The position numbers and the translations under genes were made by a program. From NCBI GenBank assembly GCA_951406725.2, contig OX597826.1:18414001-18478000 (forward strand): a stretch of DNA of 64,000 nt, written 5' to 3'. This DNA comes from Octopus vulgaris (Eukaryota). The number at the start of each line of letters is the position of its first letter. Positions within the stretch are counted from its first letter, which is position 1. The notes beneath the pieces are model-generated. The model was not told the DNA's origin and searched no databases. It saw only the letters and a list, made by a program, of their open reading frames with translations. Positions 1 through 12,180 of this stretch are shown here, piece by piece.

Positions 1-1764
1 TTTCCATTTTAAGACAGTAGTGGTGTTTTTTGAGGGAATTTGGTTGCTATTTTGAACAGATCAACCAACTACCCAGAAACTTCCTTTGTTATAAGATCAG
101 TCATTGTTATTGTTGTTGTTGTTTGACCCCAGATTAGTCTTAGTCAAGAAAGCATTCCTGTTATGAATATTCTACCTTTGAATATCAACTAATACATTAT
201 CAAGTGTGTCCATTTCTCTTTAATTCGGTAGGATGAAATTTGGGTAGGATTTACTGTTATTTCTAGCACATCAGTCACTCATACTCACACACTGATTTAT
301 GATGGTTGTTTAGATGGTGGTGGTGGTGGTGTAGTGGGGGGTGGTAGTGTTGGTGGTGATATCACAATCTTAGTAAAAATATGGTTTCTGAGATAAATAC
401 CATTATCAATAATTCCATGGATTTTTGAGATGCACAACTAATTTTCAAGGTATCTAATTTTATTAGTGATCAGGGATTATGGATTTCTCCAAAGATTTTG
501 AATTAGATGACATTTAAGATATATTACAATTTAGTTGAAGAATTCTTATTTGAGGCATGTTATGTTTTGAAGTTTAAAGTATTAAATAGACTAGTTGGAG
601 ACTTTGTAAGGTATAAAAGGCTAATAATGGCTTTATAGTTGAGAGAAAGTGAGATTTGTGTAGTGACACTACTTAGAAACATTGTGCTTAAGTAAGGTAA
701 CATTTTATGTAACACAGGTTGATGAGGAAGTTGTGTTTGTGATTGGTTAGTTGAAAACTGTAAACAGGCTAATGTAGAATTCAGGGATAGTCAACTCATA
801 AAATTACTAACTAAACATTGTAGTGCAGATAGAACAATATCACATCAACATACTAATAATTGATTTCCATTTTTTTATTTCCCTGTCGGCATTATCATCT
901 CTTTATCATATTTATGTACTACCGAAGCAAAGATGCAAAGAATATTTTCAACCACTACAAAGAGAATAATGTAAAAACCATAACGTTATAGTATTAGATT
1001 TTGTTTGTAAATTTCTCTTTTTTTTTTTGAAGGGTGGGGAAATAAATAGTGCTTTAGTGTAGGCTGCTGTATGGTGATGTGGCAGTAGTGAGAAGTTGTA
1101 CTGTTTACACCAGGAATCACAAGATATTCGTGAATATTTAATGAAGAATTGATTGATATTAAAACTGTCTTAAGTGTATAAAAATTAGGAAAATAGATTT
1201 TGGTCAAAACTTAAAATTAAAATGGACGCTGTTTCCTGAAAATCATTTATAATGACAATCTGTAATAAAATTTAGGAAAACAAGAACAAAATAAAAACGT
1301 TTACTCTTGTATTTTGTTTTTAACTTTTATATAAGTATTTATAATTATTTAGCTGGTTAATGAAATCAAAAAGACAAAAACTTTTCAAATAAACTTTTAC
1401 TTCCTGTAATGTAAATAGCACTTGAACTGTTATCACATTCTTTACTGATTTGCTTATGTATCAAGATGCTGACATAACTCACATTAAATGATGTCTTGCA
1501 AGCTATTAGGTGTCTGAGACACCATTGAAGAATTTTGTCTTCATTGTGCAATTCTAAAAACGACTCATTAAAATGAGTTCCAGTGGCTTTCCCTAGGCCT
1601 ATAGCACTACAAGATAACAAAGTTACTGCTTACAACAGTGACCTTCCTCCACTGTGGTATCTATTCAAAGTTATGCAGACAGATTTCAGTGTCTTTGGAT
1701 CAGACAGTCTCCATGACAAGGCGCACTGCCAACTCCTGCACGTCATTGACTCAGCCTCTCAATT

Positions 1765-2100
1765 TTTAACTTTTACTTATTTCAGTCATTAGACTGTGAC
1801 TATGCTGGAGCACTTCTTTGAAGGGTTTAGTTGAAAATGTTGACCAAGTAACTGTTTTTTTAAGCCTGGTACTTATTCTATCAGCCTCTTTCACCAAACC
1901 ACTAAGTTATGTGGGTATAAACAAACATTGGTTGCCAAATGATGGTTGGGGACAAATACAAACACAATGGCTCACATATACAATGGGCTCCTTTCAGTTT
2001 CTCTCTACTAAATCTACTCACAACGCTTTGGTTAGCCCAGTGATACAGTAGAAGACATCTGCCAAAGGTGCCACACACCTCGTGGTTTGAAAACAAACCT
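1765..2100 (-). mobile_element. tRNA-derived SINE, family A (decayed copy)
   Basis: Reverse complement matches the copy at 6140-6530 (CAGTCATT.GACTG, GCTGGAGCAC, GTACTTATTCTATC and GTAGAAGACA blocks). Confidence 0.8.
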
Positions 2101-2104
2101 CTTG

Positions 2105-2192
2105 CTAGAAAGAAGCAAACCCTGTTTGCTTCTTTCTAGATGCAGGCATGACTGTTAGGAAATCCTAGATATTTATCTAGGATTTCCTAACA
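2105..2192. repeat. Two adjacent perfect palindromes (16-bp and 19-bp arms)
   Basis: CTAGAAAGAAGCAAAC-cct-GTTTGCTTCTTTCTAG (2105-2139) and TGTTAGGAAATCCTAGATA-tt-TATCTAGGATTTCCTAACA (2153-2192). Confidence 0.95.
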
Positions 2193-2315
2193 TGAACCAA
2201 TGTAATTATCTTTATATAATGTTAATATCTTGAGAAATGCATGAACATCATGACATTTTCTCTTCACTAAAAAGATGAAGCTTTATCTCTTTATCAGACA
2301 CTAGTGTTGTACTTA

Positions 2316-2725
2316 AGGTGGTGAACTGACAGAATCATTAGTACGCCAGGTGAAATGCTTAGCAGCATTTCGTCTGTTTTTATATTGTGAGTTCAAATTC
2401 CACTGAGATCCACTTTACCTTTCATCCTTTCAGGGTTGATAAAAATAGGTACCAGTTGAGTACTGGGATCGATGTAATCAACCCTCTCCCACAAAATTAC
2501 TGGCCTTGTGCCAAAATTTGAAATCAATAATAGCGTGTGTTTAAAATGGTGAGCTGGCAGATTTACTAGAATGTTGGAAGAAATACTTTGCTCTTCAGAT
2601 TCCAAGTTAAAATTTTACCAAGGTCAACTTATGTCTTTTTTGGGTCAATAAAATAAAGTTATCAAACAGTAATCGATTTGTCCCACCCCTCAGAACTGCT
2701 ATCCTTGTGCCAAAGTTAGTAAGAA
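2316..2725 (+). mobile_element. Two tandem family B SINE copies (tRNA-like head, Nin-domain-like core)
   Basis: GGTGAACTGACAGAA head, GAGTTCAAATTCC B box and core CTTTCATCCTTTCAGGGTTGATAAAATAGGTACCAGT, which resembles the Nin/Sauria SINE central domain. A second, more decayed copy starts ~2546. Confidence 0.75.
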
Positions 2726-3344
2726 TATTAGCGTCATGTTTAACTTTATGTCATCAAAGTAAAATAAAAGCCAGTACACTCCTAACCAGTGAAATGTTTT
2801 TAAAAGCCGTCTTTTGATAGAAGTTGCCAAAATGCTTCTACTGGAATTACATATTATCATCGTATAATATATATTCAAACATCAGTCAAACTAAAATTAA
2901 TAACTACATTACTATAGGTTTTGATAAAAAACCAAGATGAAATGTCAGGTGAGCATTTTGGATGATTTTAATGGTAACCACTTTAGAATAAACAAAGATG
3001 TAGAATGAGATAGTCAGATTTAATCTGAATGGATTAAAAGTAGAGTAAAAAAAATATGTCTGGAATGGTTTGATGTGATTTTGGAAAATAAGAACTGGTA
3101 ACCAATGGCAGTTTATCAAAACAGTGGGATGTTGGAGCAAAATACATTATGGTAAATAGATACAAGTTGAAAGAACAATGGTTAATCAGTGAAGGAAGCT
3201 AAGGAAGTAAACAGGGATTGAATGAGAGAGGATTTGTGGGATCCCAGATTTGAAAGGAATGTAGTTATATCAGGTGGGGTTAGTCATTAGCAAATATATA
3301 ATCAGCACTCTTTGTATTGTAGATGTACTAAAATAAAATTATAA

Positions 3345-3347
<3 letters not shown>

Positions 3348-3392
<45 letters not shown>
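3348..3392. repeat. (AAT)n microsatellite
   Basis: Direct reading. Confidence 0.95.
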
Positions 3393-3393
<1 letters not shown>

Positions 3394-3848
3394 GGATGAT
3401 GATGAGGATAATGATGACCAACTATAAAATAAAATATAATAATTAAAAATATAGGCAACTAATAAAAATACTGTGAAGGTATTCATTCCTTGCCAATATA
3501 TAACAATAAACATAAGATGAACACGTACTACTTATGATGATGAGGAGGAGGCGGGGTATGACAATAGTTACTCAGTTAATAATTTAAAATTACAATATTT
3601 ATCTCATGTCAGTTAATCAGTAACCATTTGGGTTAAACTAGCACAAAACTTGTTCTGACAGACAGTCAGACCCCAGCAGGCTATAAGCTTGAAAGTCTTG
3701 CGTTTTAGAAAAGTGCTCAAGAGAAAATATTTCTGTTGCCCAGCCACTAGTGTTTACCATGTGTTTACCAATTTTTCAAATTGGAACCCAACATTTCTGT
3801 GTTGAAAGAGGAGACTGTAAGGGTTGACAAAAAGAAAATCATCAAACC

Positions 3849-4055
3849 TATTTCTTTATAACCCACAAGGGGCTAAACATAGAGGGGACAAACAAGGACA
3901 GACATAGGTATTAACTGGTACTTTAATTTATCGACCCCGAAAGGATGAAAGGCAAAGTCGACCTTGGCGGAATTTGAACTCAGAACGTAATGGCAGACGA
4001 AATACCGCTAAGCATTTCGCCCGGCGTGCTAACGTTTTTGCCAGCTCGCCGCCTT
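3849..4055 (-). mobile_element. Family B SINE, young CpG-rich copy
   Basis: Minus strand reads GGCGGCGAGCTGGCAAAAACGTTAGCACGCCGGGCGAAATGC...GAGTTCAAATTCCGCCAAGGTCGACTTTGCCTTTCATCCTTTCGGGGTCGATAAATTAAAGTACCAGT. CpGs are retained, unlike the other copies. Confidence 0.85.
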
Positions 4056-4727
4056 TAAGAAATTCATCAAACCATGAATCAAAAACCATACCAGCATGGA
4101 AAGATGGACATAGATGAGGATGATGATGAGGAGGAGGAGGAGGGCGGTGGTGGTAGTGGTGGTGAAGATGATACTGAGGAGGAAGAGTAGTGTGGTGTTA
4201 TGAATATGTAGTTTTTCCTTTGTCTCCAGTTCTTCAGATTGATGTTCAAAGTTTTTCTTTGTCTTCTCGTTTTATGATGACTTAACTCTGAAGCTACTCC
4301 TCACTGACTTAAACTGATACAAAGTAGATACATTTAGGATAAGGCGAAACCTTGCTCCTACTTTTGTCTGTCATCATTTATCCCAGGTAAAAACCAGGCT
4401 TAATTGCCATCTCAGAATTAAGTGGTTAATGATAAGAAGGGTATCTAGCTATAAAAAAAGGACTTGCTTTGTTAATATGCAGATGGGTCTGAAACAGTAA
4501 AAGAAAAGAAAAAAACAGCCCCCAGAGATAAGTGGAAATTGACAGACAAATGGATGGGCATTCTAGTTTTCTTAGCTCGAATCTGATGAAGATGATGATA
4601 GTTGGCCCGAGATGAGAGATGGAGACGCAATAACCTGATAAAAGGCTTCATTCAAGAAAATTGAATGGAAAAAAGAACACAAACAATGAAAATGATAAAA
4701 TCAAGATAAATCATGTACTCACAAATT

Positions 4728-5650
4728 ATGTGTTTGCATATATGTATGTATGTGTGTGTATGTATGTATGTATGTATGTATGTATGTATGTATGTATGTA
4801 TGTATGTATGTATGTATGTATGTATGCATATATGTATGTATGTATGTGTGTGTGTGTGTTTGTGTGTATGTATGTATGCATGTGTGTATGTATGTATGTA
4901 TGTATGTATGTGTGTATGTATGTATGTATGTATGTATGTATGTATAAATGTATGTATGTATGTATGTATAAATGTATGTATGCATATATGTATATATGTA
5001 TGTATGTATGTGTGTGTGTTTGTGTGTATGTATGTATGCATGTATGTATGTATGTACGTATGTTTGTGAGTTTGCGTGTGTGTTTGTGTGTATGTATGTA
5101 TGTATGTATGTATGTATATATGAGTGTGTGTATGTACATATGTATGTATGTATGTATGTATGTATAAATGTATGTATGTATGTATGTATATATGTATGTA
5201 TGTATGTATATATGAGTGTGTGTATGTACATATGTATGTATGTATGTATGTATGTATAAATGTATGTATGTATGTATGTATATATGTATGTATGTGTGTG
5301 TGTGCATGTGTGTGTGTTTGTGTGTATGTATGCATGTGTGTATGTATGTACGTATGTTTGTGAGTTTGCGTGTGTGTGTGTGTGTTTGTGTGTGTGTATG
5401 TATGTATGTATGTATGTATGTATGTATGTATGTATGTATGTATGTATGTATGAGTGTGTGTATGTACATATGTATGTATATATGTATATATGTATATATG
5501 TATGTATGTGTATGTATGTACATGTGTATGTTTGTATGTATGCATGTATGTATGTATGTGCGTATATATACATAAATTCATATGTATGCTGGTATGCATG
5601 TGTATATAAACATATACACACATTCATGCATGTACACATGTGCATGTGGC
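4728..5650. repeat. Compound (TATG)n/(TG)n microsatellite with higher-order duplications
   Basis: TATG runs. The marker GTACGTATGTTTGTGAGTTTGCGTG occurs twice and ATGAGTGTGTGTATGTACATATG three times. This array is the source of the spurious Y/V/C/M and H/T/Y/I ORFs. Confidence 0.95.
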
Positions 5651-6061
5651 GTATAAACATAAATATACACTTATATGACTGTATTTTTTACAATATTTTT
5701 TCTTTAGATATTAACTGTATAACTACAAATCATTTAAAGACATGTTACAGGGGGGAAAATAGAATTAGGAGGAAACTGACAGGCTGACAGACAGACAGAC
5801 AGACAGATAGAGAGAGAGAGAGAGATAAAGAGAGAGAGAGAGAGGTGAAAATATTGCTGTAAATGAATTCTTACTAAGAAACTGAGGCACACTTTCGGTA
5901 TCAAAACAATATCTACTTCTATTTTGTTTATTATTAGATTGTTAACTAAATATCTATTAAATACATCTTGCCTTACAAAAAAAAAAATAATAACATTGTG
6001 TCATGTTATTGCTGCTGTTGTTGCATCTTCCTTTTCTTTTCCTTCTTTTCTTCTTCTTCTT

Positions 6062-6111
<50 letters not shown>

Positions 6112-6139
6112 AATCATTTATTCTCGTAATGTGAAGATG

Positions 6140-6530
6140 GGCGTAGGTGTGGCTGTGTGGTAAGGAGCTTCCTTCCCAACCTCATGGTCCTGGGTTCAGT
6201 CCCACTGTGTGGTACATTGGGCAAGTGTCTTCTACTATAGCCTTAGGCCAACCAAAGCCTTATGAGTGGATTTGGTAGATGGAAACTGAAAGAAGCCTGT
6301 CCTATATATATATATATATTTGTGTGTGTCTGTGTTTGTCCTCCACCATCGCTTGGCAATCAAAGTTGGTTTGTTTGCATCCCCTTAATTTAGTGGATCA
6401 GCAAAAGAGACCAATACATTAAGTACTAGGCTTACAAAGAAGAAGTCCTGAGGTTGATTTGTTCGACTAAAGGCGGTGCTCCAGCATGGCTGCAGTCAAA
6501 TGACTGGAACAAATAAAAGAATAAAAGAAT
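6140..6530 (+). mobile_element. tRNA-derived SINE, family A, near full length
   Basis: A box TGGCTGTGTGG, B box GGTTCAGTCCC, body TTGGGCAAGTGTCTTCTACTATAG, internal (TA)n/(TG)n and an (AAAAGAAT) tail. At least seven copies in the window. Confidence 0.85.
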
Positions 6531-8519
6531 GTCTTTTTTATTCTCTCTTCATAATAAGTTTTATTTCAAACATTATGTTTTACTTTTTAATTACTTATAA
6601 AAAAAAAAACTATGCCTAAATAGGGGTTGCCCTCAATACCTGAAGTGGACACCTAAGAAAAAGAAAAAGAGGAGGATTGTTTTGCAAGCTTTTAAATTAT
6701 ATTTATACAAATTACATTTTTACATCCAAAATGGCTACCACTCATAATTATGCCACACCAAAAAAAAAAACTCTACAATGGCTAAAACGAAAAGGAAAAA
6801 CAACACAATATCAGAACACACAAAAGGAAGAGTGACAGTAATAGTAATAACAATAGTGGTAACAATTCTTACATGATACCAAATACTTCCTTTAGTCCGT
6901 TCATCTAGCAGTTGTGTGAAGATAAACCTTCCCTCATCACTGAATCAACAGACAAACTTTTTGGATCTATCACTGTTACAAGAAAAAAGTGTGGATGGGA
7001 GAATTTTGTAAAACCTAACAGTACTTCACCCAAAAAGACAAAGAGAAAATATATACATTTCTTCTAATGAAAAAATGGATGCTAATTAAATTTTCCTTCA
7101 CATCAAGTAATACAAGTTCTCCAAGAGATATCAAGAGATATTATCTCAAATGAAAAAGGCTCAAGCTATATTACTATTTGTTGTACATTTAAAACTGGTA
7201 ATGCAACCAAAACACAGATGGAAATTGTCAGACATACCTCTTACTGTGTATTTGTACCCCAGGACATAAGTTAAAGAAACACAAGAGTCACAATAAGAGA
7301 TATCAGACTCAACCCAGACCCATCGCTAATAGTGACTTTTGTGTAGTAATATGGAAGAGTTAAAGCAGGCTTAACCAAAAGATGACATTTGGTCAGATGA
7401 TGTCAAAATGGACTCGCAAGTCCTAATAACACCCATAGGCCTTAGATCTCTACCAGAACTGTAACAAACAGAAGGCATGAGATTGATGATATAGAGCAGA
7501 AAATATAATTGTTATATTTGTCAGAGTAAAACTCATCTTTGAGTTGAATGCCAGGAAGAACTGGAAAATTTAAAAAACAAAGAAAATGAAAATAATGAAA
7601 ACCAACAGCAACAACAAAAACAACAGCAGACCTAATTTTCCATAAAACCATCAACGAACATTCTGAAGATAACAAAGAAAATATCTTTAGGCTCAATATC
7701 ACGAACAGATGAGCAAGTTCTCCCTGCCCTAAAAGTACCAACTTGTAATATCACACTTTCATTGTGCAATAAGGAAGAAATAATTACAGATGAAAATAGG
7801 AAAAGTAAAATGGTAAAGAAAATCATAAAAAGATACAATATAAAAAGGCAAGGAGGAACAGTTTCTTCTAGGTGGAAACAAAATCCTGCTTCAAGAAAAT
7901 AACACAGAGAAAGCAGAGGATGAAAATGAACTAAAATTCACCATTCTTTGAAAATCAACCAAACAGTTAAGAGACAAAATTATGCATCTCTAGTGCCACA
8001 GTCTCTCACCAAAAGTTTGAATGACCCTTAAACAGTTCAGTCTGGAATATAAACAGCATCCAAAATATAAACTGATGGTAAAATTAGAATTAAGACATCA
8101 AATGTAAGAAAAGAATAATCTTAAGTTGTTGGTAATTTGCAATAGCAAATATCTCAAGAATTCTTAGTGGTGCATTTGATTATACTTGAATGCAATCAGA
8201 GAAATGGTTAAATGGTTTTGAAGTACTCAGCCCGCTCTAGCCAGGAAACCCCATTTTATTAAATTATATATTGTTTTAATGTGTCTCATTGTACATTTTC
8301 ACTCATATGTGCACATGTAGGCATAGGTCTGTGTATGTGTGTATATGTACATGTGTATGTGTATGTGTGTGTGTGTGTGATCTTTTGTGTGTGCACATGC
8401 ACATGAGTGCACCTTGGAAATGTTTAATACATCCTTCTATATGTTGCATAAAATCTTTTACCAGTTAAACACTGGGGTTGGTGCAATTGACTTACCCCCT
8501 CCTACAAACTTATAGACCT

Positions 8520-9150
8520 TCTGCTAAAATTTGAAACCAATATTGTTCTTATCCTCTTTTTCTTCCTTTCATAATCCCATATTCCATTTCCTTCTCTTTT
8601 TACCCATATATTTATATAGTGCACCTTCTTGTAATTCCTTAATTCTTTCATTTCCAGTATACCTTTGATTTGGACCAATTTTCCTCTTCCCAAAATTAAC
8701 ACTGTAGTGTTAATTAACTTTGGTAGGTCAAAATCCATTTGAATATCTGCACAAAATATTCAAATTTTATTTATTAGACTATCCAGCAACTCCACATTAT
8801 TTTAGAACAACTTCAAATCATCTATATAGAGGTTCAGCTTTCCAGTGCCTCCCCCCAGATCGTACATAGGCTGTCTTTATCTTTCATATAATACTAGTGA
8901 ATGGCATGAGAGTTACAAATGAATAAAAGTGCCTCCCTGAAATATTCTTCATTTAATATTAACTTCCCCAGTGATTCTGTCCCAGTATTCCATTGACTTA
9001 TGTTTCCACACATTAATGCTACTCCACAGATATAAGCTCCAGCTATGCATCAATATATCCAGGCCATTCCCAGATTTGTCAGTCTTCTCTTACAGTTTTT
9101 TACTACCATTGTGTCTTCCTTAAATCCTACTGCTTCCTTTACTATATTTG
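8520..9150 (-). mobile_element. Highly degraded L1/Tx1-like ORF2 C-terminal remnant (tentative)
   Basis: Fragmentary peptide resembling a CxxC...E..H zinc-finger region near 8830-8880, with many stops and frameshifts. Weak. Confidence 0.25.
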
Positions 9151-9170
9151 TTGCAGCACATATCAAAGTA

Positions 9171-9578
9171 CAGTAGAATCTCACAGTACAACATTATACA
9201 AGTAATTTGCTGCACAAGCTGAGGCTTGTACTAATTTTTGTCTTGAATTACAAGTGGAAGTCCACAGTATGAGCAAGTTTCATACAAGTGACTGCTAGTC
9301 AGCGCTGAGTTCACGCATGTTCTCCCAACAAGCACAGCCTCCACTTGCTCAGTTCACATGTTTGTCTCATAAAGCATCCCTGTTTTTTTATTAGTTTTGT
9401 GCATTTTTTGTTATTATTTTATAATAACTGGTTGTGTTAGCCATGGGTCCTAAGCAGGTTAGTGCAAAGGACAGTGCTGAGAAGAAGAAAAAGCTGATTA
9501 CGATAGAATTGAAGAAGGAAATCATTTATAAACATGATAAAGGAGTGTGTGTGGTGGACTTAGCATGTCAATACGATT
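9171..9578 (+). mobile_element. Tigger/pogo DNA transposon, 5' part (terminal repeat and N-terminal HTH)
   Basis: TA|CAGTAGAATCTC end. ATG at 9443 gives MGPKQVSAKDSAEKKKKLITIELKKEIIYKHDKGVCVVDLACQYD, a psq/CENP-B-type HTH typical of Tigger1/TIGD1-like transposases. Confidence 0.85.
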
Positions 9579-9833
9579 TGTTGTAACATAATTGTTACTT
9601 ATAATAAATAAGATAAACAGACAACAGTAAAAACAATGTAATGAACAAACAAATCTCTTTAGGAACCCACAATCAATATTCCTTGTAAACCAACCGACAC
9701 ATTCTGACTTCCCTGCAAACTAACACAAACTTCACTTTACTCCAAACTTTGAACTTTTAGGATCGTTACTATTTATACTTTATTTGGACAAGTCTATCTC
9801 TCGCAAGGTGGCATCATAACTCTCATTACAATA
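9579..9833 (-). repeat. 3' LTR
   Basis: Direct repeat of 10952-11211; shares ACAGACAACAGTAAAAACAATGTAA, GACTTCCCTGCAAACTAACACAAACTTCACT and TTTAGGATCGTTACTATTTATACTTTATTTGGA. Confidence 0.9.
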
Positions 9834-10044
9834 TCTCCTCTTCTTCCCTTTTGATATTTCGACTACTGTGAGACAGGAATTTCTTTTATTCATTTCCAGC
9901 ACCTCTCCCACTTTTTAAAAAATTTTTTTAGCTGCTGTATCTTAATAGTAACCTGACTTTTATGTTAGTATTGTTTGTTGCACACAGCACTTTCTTACGT
10001 TGTGCTAAGCACTCTTGTTTTTGTTTTTGCTTTTTTTAAAAAGT

Positions 10045-10881
10045 TTAATATCTTTTTCGTTTAGTGATTACTTCCAGATATTCAGACCGTTTTCGTTTTC
10101 TGAAGCTAGTTCCACAGGGTTCAATATCTCTTGGTGCTGGCACTTCAAACATATAAAATACTTCCATTGGCATTACCTTTCGTTCTTCTGCATGTCTCAT
10201 CTTTAACTGGTTAAGGTGTCTCTTCTGTTCCAAATGTTATCATGGACTATAAGGTTAGATCCTGGTTTGCTTGTTCTAATTTAGAAAGAATTTTTGCCTG
10301 AATTTCTGTATCTTTGCTTGCTGTAAAGCCTTGTATGAAAATAAAACACTTGAATATCTCAGTTGTAAGTTTTTTGAGTTTAAAATTTTCACACATTTTG
10401 GTAACTTTCCTGCACATGTGATAAAATCCTCATCCTCTTTATCCATTATATTCCATTCAAGTGTTAAACAGAGAAGTTTTATCACCAAATATGTTAGACA
10501 GTAATTCTATTGTTTCTTTAAAACAAATTTCATTGAGTTTTCTGAGCAATATGAAATTACAGTAATGATCATGCTCTAATGGAGCTGATTTTCACAATAA
10601 TAATTTCACTTTTTGTTCATTCAACCATGATTCAACCATCTTGCTTAAAAATTTCCTTGTACCTTCTGTAGTACGATGCAAAAGTAATAACTGAATTAAT
10701 TAATCAAGTTTGAACTGCCATCTGGCAAAAATGAACATGACTCATTTTTGGACTCCTTTGAATATAGCTCCAATAATTGTTGTTGTAGTTGTTGTTGTTG
10801 TAATTGTTGCTTCAGCAACTCCTGTTGCTGCTCTTGTTGTTGCTTTTGAAACTGTATTACGGAAACTAATAGGACTTCCAT
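10045..10881 (-). pseudogene. Frameshifted gag remnant fused to the integrase C-terminus
   Basis: Q-rich start, then (across frameshifts) KTSLFNT..DKEDEDFITCAGK/VTKMCENFKLKKLTTEIFKCFIFIQGFTASKDTEIQAKILSKLEQ (Mag-like gag), then KRHLNQLKMRH...PMEVFYMFEVP...RKRKR, the RHxNQL motif typical after Gypsy integrase. No PR, RT or RNase H sequence is present. Confidence 0.75.
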
Positions 10882-10951
10882 TATTTAGCAAGCTGCATCA
10901 CAAACAAATTGTTAAATAACCAGCATGAGCTTCAAAACCCTTGTCACCAGA

Positions 10952-11211
10952 TGCTGTAATGTACTTTGTTATGTACAATAAATAAGAAAAACAGACAACA
11001 GTAAAAACAATGTAAGGAACTTAGAAATCTCTTTAGGAACCAACAATCAATATTCCTTGTGAACAAACCAACTGATACATTCCGACTTCCCTGCAAACTA
11101 ACACAAACTTCACTCAACTCCAAACTCTGAACCTTTAGGATCGTTACTATTTATACTTTATTTGGATGAGTCTATCTCTTGCAAGGGGCTGTCATAACTC
11201 TCATCAAAACA
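10952..11211 (-). repeat. 5' LTR
   Basis: TGCTGTAA...CAAAACA; direct repeat of 9579-9833. Confidence 0.9.
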
Positions 11212-12019
11212 TGACCGAAGCACATCAACGACCTGCACCATCCTGAAGAAAAAGGATGACATCAAGTACATCACAACAGTAAAGGGTGTCTCCAGATTCT
11301 CCAAGCAGTACACATCTGTCCACGAAGAGGTGGAAATATTGCTTCTCCTGTGGATCCACAAGAAGCAACTCACTGAGGATATGATTATGGAGACCATCGT
11401 CTGTGAGAAAGCACAAGCACTGTGTTGGGATCTCTTGAAGCAGAACCCTGGAACAGTGACAGAGGAGACATCAGTAGATGCATTTAAGGCTAGTCATGGC
11501 TGGTTCAATAATTTCAAGAAGAGGACTGGTGTTCATAGCATCGTCAGGTATGGAGAAGCAGTGAGTTCTGACAGGAAGGCAACTGAGGATTTCATGCATG
11601 AATTCCATCAGCGCATTGCAACTGAGGGGTGCATTGCACAACAAGTATTCAGCTGTGATAAAACTGACCTTTTGTTTTTCAGAAAAAGTGCCCAAAAGAA
11701 TCTACATAACTGCAGCGGAGAAAAAAAATGTCAGGCCACAAGCCTATGAAATATGGGCTAACTCCAACCTTTTGCGCCAATGCAAGTGGAGACTTGAAGA
11801 TTAAGCTGCTCCTTGTTCACCATTCTGAAAAACCATGAGTGTTCAAGTCACACAAAATCCTGTAGAAGCTGCAGGTTATGTGGAGGGAAAACATTAAATC
11901 CTGGGTAACCAGGCAATTCTTCATTGAGGGATCAACCTTTTATATAGATCAGCAGTGAAAAGTACCTTCTGCAGAACCATCTATCTACCAAGGCTTTTCT
12001 CATCCTTGATAGTGTTCCT
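11212..12019 (+). pseudogene. Tigger/pogo transposase remnant (CENP-B HTH and DDE), continuation of 9443-9578
   Basis: DRSTSTTCTILKKK..VHEEVEILLLLWIHKKQ..IVCEKA..FKASHGWFNNFKKR..YGEAVSSD..QVFSCDKTDL..CANASGDLKIKLLLVHHSE..VMWRENIKSWVTRQFF..LILDSVP. Frameshifted and 3'-truncated. Confidence 0.9.
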
Positions 12020-12180
12020 AATAATAGTAATGGTTTCAAATTTTGCCACAAGGGCAGCAATATTGGGGGAGCGGATGAGTCAATTACATTGACCCCAGGG
12101 TATTCAACTTGTACTTATTTTATCAAGCCTGAAAGCTGACCCTGGCAGCATTTGATCTTAATAATAATAATAATAATCAA

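Larger units (their letters stand above)
9579..11211 (-). mobile_element. Internally deleted Gypsy (Mag-like) LTR retrotransposon
   Basis: Two diverged ~255-260 bp LTRs (9579-9833 and 10952-11211; TG...CA ends, left end decayed to TA). PBS-like TGGTGACAAGG lies 2 nt inside the minus-strand 5' LTR and a polypurine tract AAAGGGAAGAAGAGGAGA abuts the other LTR. Degenerate 5-bp TSD CGATT/TGACC. A gag remnant is joined to an integrase C-terminal remnant. Confidence 0.9.

Noticed and set aside
4652-5787. Long ORFs of up to 323 aa on both strands
   Set aside because: They are translations of (TATG)n/(TG)n repeats, which lack stop codons; no protein-like complexity.
7000-8100. Possible ORF1 and start of ORF2 (..WNINSI) of an L1/Tx1 element
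   Set aside because: A-rich strand bias and one short motif only; too degraded to support a call.
10696-10881. PolyQ host protein exon
   Set aside because: It lies just downstream of the PBS inside the LTR element and continues into gag-like sequence.
11330-11749. Domesticated TIGD/CENP-B-like host gene
   Set aside because: It is interrupted by an LTR element, frameshifted and truncated, and it retains a transposon terminus.
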